A stretch of DNA of 64,000 bases from Orbicella franksi (taxonomy: Eukaryota), in NCBI GenBank assembly GCA_964199315.1, contig OZ116701.1, positions 13,640,001-13,704,000 of the forward strand, read 5' to 3'. Position numbers and translations under genes: made by a program. The notes below the pieces were generated by a model. That model worked only from the letters and a program-made list of their open reading frames with translations, had not been told where the DNA came from and did no database searches. This document shows positions 35,358-49,300 of this stretch, piece by piece. The first letter of the stretch is position 1, and each line of letters starts with the position of its first letter.

Positions 35358-37526
35358 CCCTTAGGTTCCCAAGCGCACATTGCCGCGCACTCCAAATAAG
35401 GAACACATATTGCCTTGGAAACAAGACAAAGAATGAAGCAATTCTGGTTTCCACTGCTTCCCGGTAAAGCTGACATGTGCCTGGTTGTTTTCACCTAAAG
35501 ATCAATGTTGTACAAGTTTCTTCGTGTTTTTTTTTTCACACCCAGTCAAATTTTGTAGACTTCCCAGAATTCAACTATGGCAACTACAAGATATACAGCC
35601 AAAGAAGTGGCAGAAATGGTCCTTGAATGGGACGTTGATGGCAAAATAAGTGAGGATCCCAAGTTTGAAGAAAGCAGGATTCATACTCTTTTAAGCTTTC
35701 AAAATTCCATGACTTTTCATGACCTTTTCCATAACCTTTCCGAGTTTTCCATGACCAAGGGTAAGCAACTGTTCTCATAGTAGTATCAAAACAATCATTT
35801 ATTTAACATATTTTAATGGATATTTTAACTTATTATAATGGATAAAATGCATGCTTGTGTTTATTTGTACTAAAACTAAAGCCTGTTTCTCACTCGTTTG
35901 TTATTTTTTTCAATTTTTTGACTTTTTGCCTCTTTATTCTCAGAAAGAATATTGCTTTTCCATGACTTTCCAGGACCCTTACTTAAATTCCATGACTTTC
36001 CAGGCCTGGAAATTGGAAGAATACTTTCCATGACTTTCCAGGTTTCCATGACCAGTACAAACCCTGGGAAGTGAAGATGATATCGATTGTGACTTGGACA
36101 ATGGTGACAATGATGAGCTAATATTATCGGACCGCAAAGGCAATAGTGACAAAGAAGAGGTAAGTATCCGCTCCAAAACAAAGAGTCAGGAAGGAATACG
36201 AATACATTTCGGCTTATGTTTATGGTTACACTGAAACTAATTCGCTTTCGCAAGCCCACATTCATTGGCTTGAAACACAAGCCAGCTACAGGGTTGTCAA
36301 AATAAGCCAGTGACCGGCGCAATCTCAAAACCTGCGCTGCCTACTCCGAATGTTAGTGGGTTAGTCCTGAGCATGATATTGGAGAAATAAAATGGAAATA
36401 AAATTGTTCAGTTATTAACTTGTTTGAACCCAAATTGGATCGCAGGGAATAAAGTAAAGTATTTGCTGAAAAAGTACGTGACACCAATCCAAACTAATTT
36501 ACTAAGCCGTAAAATGTGCTACGCCTCAGCACATCATTTTCTGAAGCGCACACAGAATAAAGTGTCTTAGAATAGTCTGGTAAAAGGTGAGTTTTCGTTC
36601 GGTTTAAATGGCACTGCAATAAATAGGACTGTAGTGTTTTCTTTTCCAGTTAAGTGCTACTGTAATGAGAGAAGTAGATTTATTTACACAATTATTAACA
36701 TCTAAGGCCGTCGGCAGGTAACTGGCTCATCCACCATAAACTGCTGAATTGCTTCAGTCTACACAATCCCTCACTTTAATGGAAATAAATACACTACTTT
36801 GTATTTTTTGAAGTGATTTTCCAAATTTATAAACACACAAAAATGATTCAATACAACCCATTTCAATCATAGGGGTAAACACAGGTTTGTTTGATTGTTT
36901 ATTCGCTTCGTTCAAATATATTTTTTGGAGTCTTATTCAGCTACTACAGAACTGCCCAGTAAAAAACTAAGTGGCCACTAATTTAGCACAGTTGAAATAT
37001 GATTGATCTCAAAATAATTAGCTTGTTTAATCTTTCTTTCACAGCGCTGTAATATTTCGTCGTGCAGCAAAGGAATTATTTGACTTCTTGATTTCAAACT
37101 GGTTTTTACATGTGCCTTTCGCATTTATTTTCTGTTGTTTTCTCAAATGTTTGCCGTTATAGTACAAGAATGGAAATTCTGTTCTATTTAGCTTCAATTT
37201 GTCCTCCGAAGTCAATAATAACTCATTTCACATATTCAATTTTCTCGGCTTCCATTGGGCATTTTGTCACGCAACAAAGAAATAATATAATTTCTTGTTT
37301 TCTTATCAGTTTTAACACCAAGTTGACTTCTCTTTGTTGATATTTTTTAATATTTTGGCCCTTCATCTATTCAACTTAAACTAAACCATGTCCTGAAACC
37401 TAATCTTGTGTGTGTGGTTACTGTGCATATGATTTATTTTTAGCGCTCATGCTTGTTCTGAAAAGTTAAAAAATCGCCGGGAATTTAGGGGTGGGTTGCA
37501 TGCAATTTCATTCGGGCGTCAATGGG
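35358..37526 (+). mobile_element. Probable non-autonomous piggyBac derivative
   Basis: CTAA|CCCTT at the left end and ATGGG|TTAA at the right end. Short acidic ORF MATTRYTAKEVAEMVLEWD... resembles the piggyBac N-terminus at 24743. The termini match only weakly. Confidence 0.5.
35675..36066. mobile_element. MITE with CAGGRTTYRTAC termini and internal TTCCATGAC repeats
   Basis: CAGGATTCATAC ... GTACAAACCCTG with flanks GAAAG/GGAAG (5 bp, 1 mismatch). Removal restores the frame EESEDD. Confidence 0.75.
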
Positions 37527-38269
37527 TTAACATCAAAACTTAATTCTTAAAGATCTCTGAGCTTTCATTTACAAGCCTGCAAATAACAGTCAGTCATTGG
37601 ACAATTGTCCGGTAGACTTGAGGTTTTGATAGGTAAAAGCCTAGCTTGGTCGAACACTCTAACTGGGCATTTCTGCTACAATGAAAAACAATACACAATA
37701 CTACACACAAACGCTTTGTTATCAGTTTCATTTTTATTCCATTTCTGAGAAATAAGTTTATCACGCGCAATGTGTCGTCTCTAAATGTCATGTCGAATTG
37801 TAAACACGCCACATCAGCACCACTATTTAAGCTATGTGTTAATTTACGTACTTTGAAGTGATGTCGTGAAAGATTGTGAAGCCCCATTAAGTCTGAATTA
37901 CTTCAAAGATCTGAGTTCTTATGTCACTACTCATAGTTTGTTATCTTCAAGTGTTATGATTGAAATATTGTGCAAATTGAATACATGGCCCAAATTCTCA
38001 CGTTTTTATAACCTCTAAAATGTAACCAAACGCTTTTTTAGTTCGTATGATCAAAAACCAGTTTTGTAGCTCTTTATAGTTTTTGTTACGTCTGTGGTTT
38101 AAATGTAGTTTCCATACCACAGACAAGTTTCTGTGAAAAGCATGAATGTACATATTAGTCACGCTTTGTAGTCACAATCAACTCTAATTCCAGTTTCATC
38201 TAATTACGCAAATTTGCTATTCAATTGACTCCAAACATTTTCAATAAAAAAAATCAGGACACCTATCAT

Positions 38270-38430
38270 ACATGAACTCAGTTAAATGACCTTGCTATCC
38301 ATGAGTTCTCATAGCTCAGTGGATAGAGTGCCCGCCTGGTGTTCGGGAGGTCATGGGTTCGATTCCTGTCGGGGACTCAGAATTTTTCTTTGTCCCACGC
38401 TCGTGTCATGTTGATTAATTCACCTTCACA
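38270..38430 (+). mobile_element. tRNA-derived SINE-like repeat (tRNA-like cloverleaf at 38303-38379)
   Basis: A box TAGCTCAGTGG and B box GGTTCGATTCC. Cloverleaf has acceptor and anticodon-stem mismatches, loop CTGGTGT, and a T-run downstream. Confidence 0.7.
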
Positions 38431-39049
38431 TTTGTGAACATGTTATCATTTTCATGACACAATAGGTATGACCTGCTAAAAAGACCCTCTACTATAGCTC
38501 TAAGGGCTTATAATTCGAAAATGGCTCAGTGAAATTTTTCTTATTATAGAATTTTGATTAGCAGGATCAGAAGCAATTTTTGGGAAAGTTTAAAACAATT
38601 TTGTACATGGAGTTCAGAGCCACCTTAAAGTTTTGATACCAACTACCAAGATGTCTCAGAAGTCTCTTATTTTTAATTTCTAACAACAACAACAAAAATT
38701 TGTCCTACCAGACTGGCTTTTTATCAGGTCAAACCTTGCCCTTGGCCTGACAAATGACTTGCTTATGGACAAAAATTATTTGCAGGCTTCTTCTGCCCAT
38801 GGTAATTCAATATTAACGTTTTCAAAGCTATCTTTGCTGTTAGTAATATTTTTCTCTCAGAGTATGAAGCCGCTCCTGCAGACCAGTTTTCCATATAAAG
38901 TACGGCTGTTTGATTGACGGAAATCTCTATTTTGCGTTTTGACCTCGAAGGTCGCGTAGCTGTGCAAACAATATTATAGAAATCAGAAACTAAAAAGTAT
39001 TCTATACAAGAAGAAGAAGAATAAGAAGAAGAAAAAGAAAGAGGACAAA

Positions 39050-39953
39050 ATGAGTCCGACTTAAGATTACGGGCAAACATGAACCGCGAACGAGGTAGTG
39101 TCCGCTGTAGCGTTCTCCGTCCAACAGCTCGACTACTCGCTAACCGCTACAAGATAGCTTAATCTTGAAACCGAACACAAAACTGAAAAGGCTTGAGTTA
39201 AAAGACCTCAATTCGTGCAGAAAATGTTTACAAATGGCTTCTCCTCCGAGAAAAACAAAAACAGCTGTTAATTCCGCTCTTTCCCGAACCGATATAAAAT
39301 GGGCCAAAATATTGGCGCGCAAAACAACGGCGGCGCCGAGGAATCCTGCTTTCAAATTCGGAGTGTATGCTTTAGCTAACTCGCTCACTCACATTCCGCT
39401 AAAGGCTGCAAATTACTGAATCTTTTAACCATAGCCAAGAGGACAACGAAACTGAAAGGGCTCAATTCAGCTGTGGTTTTTCTGTTTACAGAGGGCTTCC
39501 CTGTTCCCTTGCGAGAAAAGCAAGCTCGCCTATATCCATTTCGCTGCGTCCCGAGCCGATATTTTCCAGAGAAAGTACATCAGAACTGAGAATATACCGT
39601 AAAAATGCCTTACTCTTTCACTGCTTGAATGATTCGGCATCCTCCCGCTGCTTTTCCCCCAACACTTGTGCTCCCAGTGATCCCTGACGTGTGCTGAGCT
39701 CCAACACAGCTGGTTTCGGTGGTTCTGCATGCTCGGCTCCGACCACATTCCGACGGATCTGATGTCAACCTCGATCTCAAGCAAAAGAGAGAGACTGGCA
39801 CCGGGTTCTCCTCTAATCATGAAACCACGATAAGATCCGTCAGCAGTAGTCCTGGAAACCCATCTAACGTCATGTAATACAAGCACTTCCAAGATGGCGA
39901 CCGAATTTTCAATAATAAAGCCTGAGGAAGCAAGAAAGTTCTCATGATTAGTT
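39050..39953. promoter_or_regulatory. CpG-rich, probably bidirectional promoter region of TASP1
   Basis: CpG density is visibly higher than in the flanks. CCAAGATGGCG (YY1-like motif) lies at 39889-39899, just upstream of the TASP1 ATG. Confidence 0.55.
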
Positions 39954-42900
39954 ATGAAGCGAAAGGAAGAGATATGTAACAATTTGCGAGAAGAATCAAA
40001 TCATTTGGGAGTTGGATTTGTCGCAGTTCACGTCGGTAAAGTACTCAGTCCAAATCACTTGAATATCTGTCTACCAGATTGCTTTGCATCATTATAAGCT
40101 AGCATCAACTGCAAACTGTGCAGCGATCACTCATTAGGTCCTCAATGTCCAGTATATTTACCTTCTGTGCTAATATTAACACGTAACATGAGTAACGGTT
40201 TTTTCATGGGTTGGCATCCGACGTAAATGGGTTTACCTACCATAAAATGACAATAATCAGGCGTAGACCAGGCCATTAAGTTATTTTCGTTCAATACGGT
40301 GGCCAGTTTTTTGCATTTGTTTACTTATTTATTTATCAGTGGTAGTTTATTTTGATTCTTTTTTTCCAGGAGTAAGCGCCCAAACAAGATATCGCAATGG
40401 ATCTTATGTTTTGCTTTATTTATTTGCGTATTTATTGTTTAGAGAGCGAGGAAATCAAGTTTGAATATTGAACAAAACGCCACTATTGAAAGAAGGGTGC
40501 AAAGACCCCTGCCTTCGGCTTAGGATAATGGGTTAAATACGTGGTGCCATCTACAAAGCTTAAAAAAAGTGCCATCCAGTCATCCGGGACAAGTAAATTT
40601 TTTTTTCTAGGAAAGTAACTTTTCACTCCCACTTTCCCAACAGGCAGGGGATCAGGCAAGTCATCTGCCAACTAAATCATTAAAAGAACGAACTAGGACT
40701 TGCCCAGGGCAAGTAAAATTTTAGAGCTACTTGTCCAATGGCAAGCTGGAATTCAAGTGATTTTCAAATCCTGCTTCTACCCTGCAAGCAGGCTTTCCTA
40801 TTTCTATTTCATGACCGGCCATGATGTACAAGCCAGGGGAAAAAAGCAAAGAGCCTGTATGGAAGCCGCTCAGTGTTGTTAATTCCACCTCTCTCAAAAT
40901 GATAACTTGTCACACTCAGGTCAAGTTCCATGCATCAAATATGTACCAATAGAAAGGAGCAAAACATTAACAAACATAACAGCAAGTTGCACGTGGAGAT
41001 TTTCTGCTCAAAAAAGATGACTGAAGAAAAGTGCAAAGAAAGCAAGCAATTGTTACCATGCATGTTTGCAAGTGTACTTTTAATGTTAAAGTATGGATCT
41101 GACATATCCTTTCACATTTCAACAGAAAGTTTATACAAAGTTTGATATGATGTCTGTTTGCTTAACTTACAGTACAAATAATTTTTGATGACTGACTCTG
41201 CAAAGCTCATAGACCAACTTAGAACAAAAAGATGGTACCATTTCCGGTGATAAGTTTACCCAACCCTTCAAGTTGTGGGGATGTTAGTCTATAGAGTTGA
41301 ACCTAAGGACATAAAAGATTGTAAGCTTTTTAGAGATACCATCAGAGTAACATGACTTGATCATCATTGATTTAATAGCACTGAAACAGCTAGTGCTTAG
41401 TGTTAAGTTAAAAGATCATTGTGACGAAAGAATGTTGACCAAGATATTATCACCAAATGATGACATCAGACACACTTGTGCATGTACCAAAATGCTAGAG
41501 CCACTTTATATCTAATCTTTGATCTCTTTTGGTTTGTTGTTCAAGGTGCTGGGTATCACTCTGCCTCACATGAATTGAAGTATAAAGAGGCCTGTAGGGC
41601 TGCCTGCACTAAGGTACATGTACAATTTTGCTTTTCTGCAATATATTATAGGAATGAAAGTCTATTAATCTTCTTTCAGTTTTCTTTAGAAAGTACTGTA
41701 ACATGTGATGCCCTTTTACCTTAAATAGCTACAGGCAAAGAGTATATTTGTTACTTATTGACAAGAAAGGAAGAAGATAGCATTACTGTGATGGTTGGTG
41801 AAATCAGCCAATCAGGGTTAAGTTTGACCACATGTTTTTCCACAGTATTGTAATGTATATATATATAGTGTGATGCCTTGTGTTACGTAAAACACATTTG
41901 TTCTGTTTTCTGGACATGGGCTGTATCAATAACAATACACATGAATGCACCTTTCAAGGGGTGATGAATGCTCCTTCAAAAACCAGAAGATCTTGCAAAA
42001 TTTGTATCATTTTTATACCAGTTGTATTCACAGGTTTTCCAGTCTCATTTTCTTAGGGGGGTTATGTGCATTTCACAGTTTTTTTGCAAGGCTAAGAAAG
42101 TCCAGAAGTCGCAATCTCTCTGTTTGTTTTTGTTTTAACTGTGGTGTGAACATCTTAGAGTCTAAACGTGTCATGCTAGCATTTAAAATACCCATTGGTC
42201 TCACTCTCGCAATTTGATATTCAAAATGTCTCAGGTTTGCAAAGTCTCACATTTAACGTTTATCATCCCTCTGTCTTAATAGACATGACATAAGGATGTG
42301 TTAGGTCACTTCAGAATTTTCCACAAAATTTCATACTTTTATGAAAGCATCTCTTCTACATCATTCCATACAGTGTGTGTATATACATGTACTGGTTAAA
42401 TGAACCATTTTATATTGAATGAGCTAGGCAATTTGAAACCCAACAGGTAAATTTCTTTCTAGGCTATGAAAGCTATCAAAAGAGGCTTCTCAGCCAAAGA
42501 CGTTGTTACTATTGCTATAACAACTTTAGAGGTATGAAGTAATTTGTTAACATAGACATCATTTTCATTCAGAAATATATTACATGGATTTTTCTTTTTA
42601 AATCTATGCTATATCATTGCCCACATTGTCATTTCCTTCCTTTGTTGTGATTGGACAGGAGAAAGCCACTGATGTTTTGTTTTTAGATGTAAATTACTGT
42701 TTATACTAAGACATGCTGTACCATTGCCACTTGAGAAAGTTTTCTTTTTGACTTATTTTTTGCAACTTTCTGGTGGCTTCTGTTTTACATGTAATTTGCT
42801 AATTGAAATGCAAGAAGTGAGGTGCCTGATTAATTTTAATCATCATTTAGCTTATCTCTAGTTAGTCTCGGCTCCTAGTATCAATAATATGTAAATGATA

Positions 42901-43267
42901 ACCAGTCAAAAATAGGTTGTAACGCTTGTAATAAAGATTTTCATAAATCTTTGTTTAGTTTATCTCTAGTAAATCTCTCTAGTAAAAGTTTTCTTTTTGA
43001 CTTATTTTTTGCAACTTTCTGGTGGCTTCTGTTTTACATGTAATTTGCTAATTGAAATGCAAGAAGTAAGGTGCCTGATTAATTGTAATCCATCATTTAG
43101 CTTATCTCTAGTTAGTCTCAGCTCCTAGTATCAATAATATGTAAATGATAACCAGTCAAAAATAGGTTGTAACACTTGTAACGCTTGTAATAAAAACAAC
43201 GGAAACAACTCATTAACCTGAAATTCATGGCTGTAAATGAATGAAAAACGAATGAAAGTTTTGTTGT

Positions 43268-43303
<36 letters not shown>

Positions 43304-46300
43304 GGGAAGCAGAGTTAATGATAACATTTTTATTGGAGGGCCAACAAGGATCTTGACAGCTTTGCCTTCCACAGTTGTTACACTTTCATTACTGGCCAGT
43401 CCATTTGTCAAGTGGCATGTTGGTACAGGGGTGGCTTTTATATCATGGTTAGCATGCTACACTCCAGATCAAGTGGTCCAAGTTCTAGTCCTGATGGGCA
43501 TCATGGCATTGTGTTCTTGAGCAAGACACTTTACACTCACACGGCCTTCTCCATCCAGGTGTTTTTAAATGGTACCCACAAATGTAATGCTGGCAGTAAC
43601 CCTGTGATGGACTTGCCTCCCATCTAGGGGGAAGTAGAAATACTCCTAGTCACGTCATGGAACAGAAACTGGAATAAGCTCTGGCAGCTGTATGGACCAC
43701 TGCCCTGACACAGACTTCACCTTTTTTTATTTGGCAATAGTACGGTGCATGCTGTAAAACCAGGAAGAGCCACCAGAGAGTCTTCTGCAGAATTGTTTTG
43801 ATAGGAAACTGTATCTGTTATCTCTTACCTTATGTGCACAAAAAGTCTCACACCAGCCTGTGTAAAACTTTGATCTTTGCTGTCTCATGAGTACAAATGT
43901 ACATGTATGCATGGGTTACTTTTAGCTCTTATTCAAGATAATCATCAGGTAGTGTATCACATTACTTAAGTGTCACTACTGTTAAGCTATTTCACATTAT
44001 TTACACATTGTTAACCTGCTTGGTACATTGATAGTATTCATAAGTAGAGTAAGTGACTTTTGGTATTGTCCTGGTAATGTGGTTTGTTGGTTGTTAAATA
44101 AAATTCGGTACAGTAAAAACAATGAAAGGAGTTTGATGATCTTCACTATTATTGTACAGTGTGCATGTGTGTGTGTGTTTTTTTTTTCAGGATTTTCCTT
44201 GCACAAATGCAGGAATTGGCTCCAATCTCACCAAATCGGGTACGGTGGAATGTGATGCAAGTATCATGGATGGACAGTCCTTGACATTTGGAGCTGTTGG
44301 TGCTTTAAAAGGTCAGTTGAATGATGGTTTATTGTATTATGCAGAACAATATGAATTATGAAACAAAACAAATGTCTGAAAAACATCTTGTGTTAATAAA
44401 GCAAACACAGGTAATGATATTGGGAGAAACTCATATAATTTCACTTAAGGAACACATTAATAAAAGTATTGCATCATAATAACTGTACTTAACCTTGCTT
44501 TGTAGGAGTGAGGAATCCCATCCAAGTAGCTAGTAAAGTGTTAGAAGAAGAAATGAAAGGATCGTCAACCTTGGGTCTCATTCCTCCAATGTACGTTCTT
44601 AACTTGTACTCAGGTTGTATAGTTATGTATTTCTTTTTAAAACGAATGCAGCCTTTACAGAACTAAGTCGCATAAGGGGTTGGTGTTTATCACCAGATTC
44701 TGTAACCTGAAATCACTAGGATTAATTTTTCCTTTTGTGTGATATCCTTACTCATTGTGGCTGTCACTCAGAAGTTTTTACAGGTTTCCCCAACACTCTA
44801 GTATCACCCATTCTTTACTCCTTGTTGTAGAAGGGCTCTATGAGAGTCAATTGTCTTGCTAGAGAAAAACTTATTGGAACATTCTCGAACTGAAAAATGT
44901 TTTTAAAACACACACATTTGACTGCCTAAACTGCAGTCTTCAATGGGTAAAATAATAAAAGAGGTGCTAACACTTCTAAAATATAGCGTGATAAATAGAA
45001 TCCATTAGATTAAAATTATGGAACTCAACTGAAGATTTTTTGCCAAAACAAATGCTGTATTGTCCTTATTAAGTAGTGGATGAGAGTTATTCTCTAAACT
45101 GGGGTTGTCATCAGATGCCCAGATTCCCAAAACCAACTTATGCAAAAATTGCCTTATAGCTGGAGTTATCATGTCTGCTTAGTTTTTTACATTGCTGATA
45201 ACACGTTAAGCTGATTGCTATTTTTTGACAGTGATATATTTTCAGTTTTCTTGCAGGAGAAGGAGCATTTCAATGGGCAATGGAACATGGTTTAACCACA
45301 TGTCCTGATGAAGACTTGATAACAGGTGACTGTTTTAATCTCATGCTTATATGGTCATATGCTTGGTGTTAAGGATTATTGTTTCCTCTTTTTTGGCTTG
45401 CTCCCAGTAACGATATATTAAGTGTTATATTACAGGATTTTACTTGCTCTCTTCTTTCGTTTTTTAATTAGAGGTAACACACCTTGCAGAATGGAAGCAA
45501 AAAAAATTTTGAAGTGTGTAGGTGTTCAACATTAGCCATAAATACTAGCTCAGGTTGAATGCAGTAGACAAGATTGATTGATAGCATCTGAGAGAGCATA
45601 ACAAGGTAATAATGCGGGTGCACCACCAAGGAATGGTGTAACAGACTGGTGAGGCAAACAAATTTCAGGTGGGGAGGGGTGGGGAGGGGTGTGTACCCCC
45701 TGCACCCTCCCCCTAGATCCGCCCTTGTATTGAACCAAAAAGAAAAACATGCCAAGCAAAAAGACAATAATGATGTACATTGTTAAAGCATAATAGGTCA
45801 ACCATAATAGATAAGGTCAATGGAATGCACAAAAATATTGAGTACCGTACTCTCCCATTTCCAGCTTGGTATACTCATACCTCTTGAAAGCTATGAAATT
45901 TTGTTTGTTCATTATTTAACAACAGGGGCAGTTAAACCTGAATCTTGGAGACTGAAGACCCAGCACCAACCATTTATTTGAAACCATAATTTATTTACAG
46001 ACCTGGGTCTCAACGCCTGTGTTAATGAAAAGTAACAAAATCATAGAATGTTCATCTATGTTCAATATTAACTGAGTGGTCAATAAAAAATACTGAATTT
46101 CAATATTGATGATTGCTTTGGTAAAGGGAAATAACAGTAAATTATCCTTGCAAATGATTAATTAATTAATTAATCTGACCTGTCGGCTGCCTCCTCATTC
46201 TAATTTCTTTGACAAGACAGTGGAGATTTCAAAGAAGCAAACGGAGCACTAACACTTGTAATCCCATGTTTCCCTGTCTGTGCTTGTCATTAATTTTAAC

Positions 46301-49300
46301 TGCTGATTTATTTACTATAGAGAGAAGCACCCAAACATGGCAGAAGTGCAAAGCCAGGCTTGAGTCATCGCAGAGTGCTGTACATGAACACAAAAGATGT
46401 CGGCTAGAAAACCTTTGTGATTTGTCAAATGTAAGTACCCAACCACCTGTTTGTACCAGAATTCTTCTGGGCACACTCTGCATGTTTTGTAAATACCTTC
46501 ATTGGAGAATAGAGTGACTGTTGTATTCTAAAAGACTGAGAGATCTGTAATAAATGCATGGTCTCCAAGGTGGAGTTAGTAAATAAACCCCTTCAGGCGG
46601 CTGGTATGTCAGCTGATAATGTCCGTGGCTGAGAGATTGTCTGAAAAATGAATATTTGGCCGAGAAGTGAAGCTTCAAGGGCAAATGTGAAATTTTGAGG
46701 ACAATCTCTCAGCCAAGGACATTATCAGCCGAAATACCAGCAGGCCAGAAAGGGGTTTATTTATTTTATAACCCTCCCATTAATTTTCATATCACAATTA
46801 AACCACTCGTAAACATGGTAAAAAAGCCAGTGGTGATCTGATGGGGAATGCACGTGATTGACGGAAGCAAGCAAGTACATTTGATTGGTCTAACTAACTT
46901 TATTTCCACCGTGATTGGACCAAAACTTGACAAGCTGTCACGTGAAATTAACTCTCGTAACACCCCGTAGATCAAAAACTCAAAAACTTGATGTACTTTC
47001 CAGAACAGCATTTGCAACCAGCTATTTAATGTCACTATCGCTGTACTCAATAAAGCGAGTTTGGTCTCCCTCCATGTAAAATAAGAGAAAGGAAAATTTG
47101 AAACTCTATTGTTGACCATGTTTCTCTTCGATGGAAGCAATCGGAGGACAAATATCAACACAGGCGGGGATTATTGCATGATGACTGTCCTGTGAGTTTT
47201 CACCATGTGACATAAAGTAACCAATAAAATCATGCCAACCAATAACCAATAAAATCACCCGGTGGGTTATAATATTTAATAATCGTCACAAGCATTTATG
47301 CAAGGTGTAATATTTAAGCTGTGTAAAGTCTGCGTGCGAGCCAAGTGGCCCATCAGGCCGGAGCTTATCCTGTTTCTGTAACATGAAGCGACTAGGAGTA
47401 TTTCTACTCCCCCCTGGATGGGATGCTAGTCCATCACAGGGTTACCCCCAGTACTAAGTTCACCGGTACCCATTTATACACCTGGGTGGAGGGAGGCACT
47501 GTGAGAGTAAAGTGTCTTGCCCAAGAACACAACACAATGTCCCCGACCAGGGCTCAAACCCGGACTGCTATATCCAGAGACGAGCGCACTAACCATGAGG
47601 CTACCGCGCCTCCCACAATTTAAGCTGTTTGACAGCAAAATATAAAACTGCCAAAAATAGGTCAAGTAATGAATAAAATCCTTTCTTAATAAACACCATG
47701 CCTGAGGAAACTGTTAGAGTCAAATAAATGGCAGGTCCACCTCACCAAGTTTGATGAATGACAGGAGAATTTTAATCAAGAACATTTGGTACTGGATTGT
47801 TTTTAAGAAGAAAAACTAAAGTTGAAAATTGCTAAGAATCTTTAGTTTAAAAGTAAAGTTACATTGTTGCCATCTTAGTTATAATTAGTAAACTTGTGGT
47901 CCCTGTCTAGGAAGATGACAATATGGATACTGTTGGCACAGTGTGTATGGATACACATGGGCATCTCTGTGCTGGTGTGTCTAGTGGTGGTGTGGTTTAC
48001 AAAACACCTGGTCGTATTGGTCAGGTTAGCCTTCACTTGCCACTGTATTGTGACTATAGAGACCCGTTAAGGTCAGCAAACACACGGCTCCTTTTTTCTG
48101 AGAACAATTTTATTTTTGTTAGTTTTACATCGAGCAAAATTCTCCTTGACCCTTTCAAAAGCTCTACTTGACTGCCTTTTCAAACCTCTACCAAAACACA
48201 TGACCATATTAACATACAACTGATTAGTTTTAAAGGTTAGTGTGAAGTAAACATGCACGCCCAAATTGTGTGACATTTCAGCTGGTAGGGGGACCATTAT
48301 ATTTTAATGACTGCAGGGTGCACTAAAGCCTCTCCCTGTTGTTGTCTGGGGCACATAGAAATTTGATTTGGACAAGTAAATCTCTGTCATGATTTGTCTG
48401 AGCAGCATGCATGCTTCTGGTGCATACAAATGCTATTTAAAAGAAAATGAAAATTGACTTGACTTTGCCGAGATATTAATTTACCCAGTGATGAAAAGGG
48501 GGGTCTTATCCAAATGATTCGCGCTTACATAGCAAAGCATTACTGAAATTTGAAGGCTACAAATGCACAGGTAATGGTTTTATTTTTGTACTGGTTGCCA
48601 ACAGTCAGCAACAGTCAAACTGCAGAGCAAATAAAAGAATTGCATTTGCAATATGAAATTACACTTGAAAGGCTAGAAATATTCACAACAAAATATTACT
48701 TACAATTCTGTTTGGTAAATCCATACATCTTTACACAGCTCTTTACATGTTCTTTTAGCGGATGTGTTCAGTTGATTGTTAGGCAAGCATTTAAATACAT
48801 TCCACCTATTTATATAAAAAGGCTAATTCGTCCCCAGATCCTTTGGGACTGTATTTTGGCACCAAAACGGTACAGCAACACAAAAAGTTATTTACTTAAA
48901 GTATAAGTTGAAATTTTTTACTGCACCAAGCGCAAATCACAAACTCTATGTTCTTTCTTTATTTGTTTCTCTTTTTGAGAAAATACCTTGGACAAGCATG
49001 TTTTGATTTCAGACATCCAAGTTATTCTCTGATTGTTGTCTCAAGGACAAACGAATCATGAAATTGATTTCTAATTCTGCTGCTTAAAAGACTCAGACGC
49101 AGAAGGATCAGAATTCTCCCCAACCTCGTTCCCAGTTTCTTTCTGATCTTCCTGCCCTCCAGAGTGAGAGAGGAGGGTGGAGGATGTAAGACCCTGGGAA
49201 CGAAGTTGAATTATCCATGTCAATGTAATTTGTGATCCTCACAAGCAATTTGATCTATCTATTCAATCAGGCAGCTGTGTATGGCAGTGGCTGTTGGGCA

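Noticed and set aside
38303-38379. Functional tRNA-Thr gene
   Set aside because: Stem mismatches, an unusual GGT anticodon, and embedding in a longer repeat-like context.
46209-46517. Stand-alone ORFs overlapping TASP1 exons (also 41476-41724, 44152-44361, 47923-48171, 52852-53151)
   Set aside because: These are exon frames read through into introns and are explained by the spliced TASP1 model.
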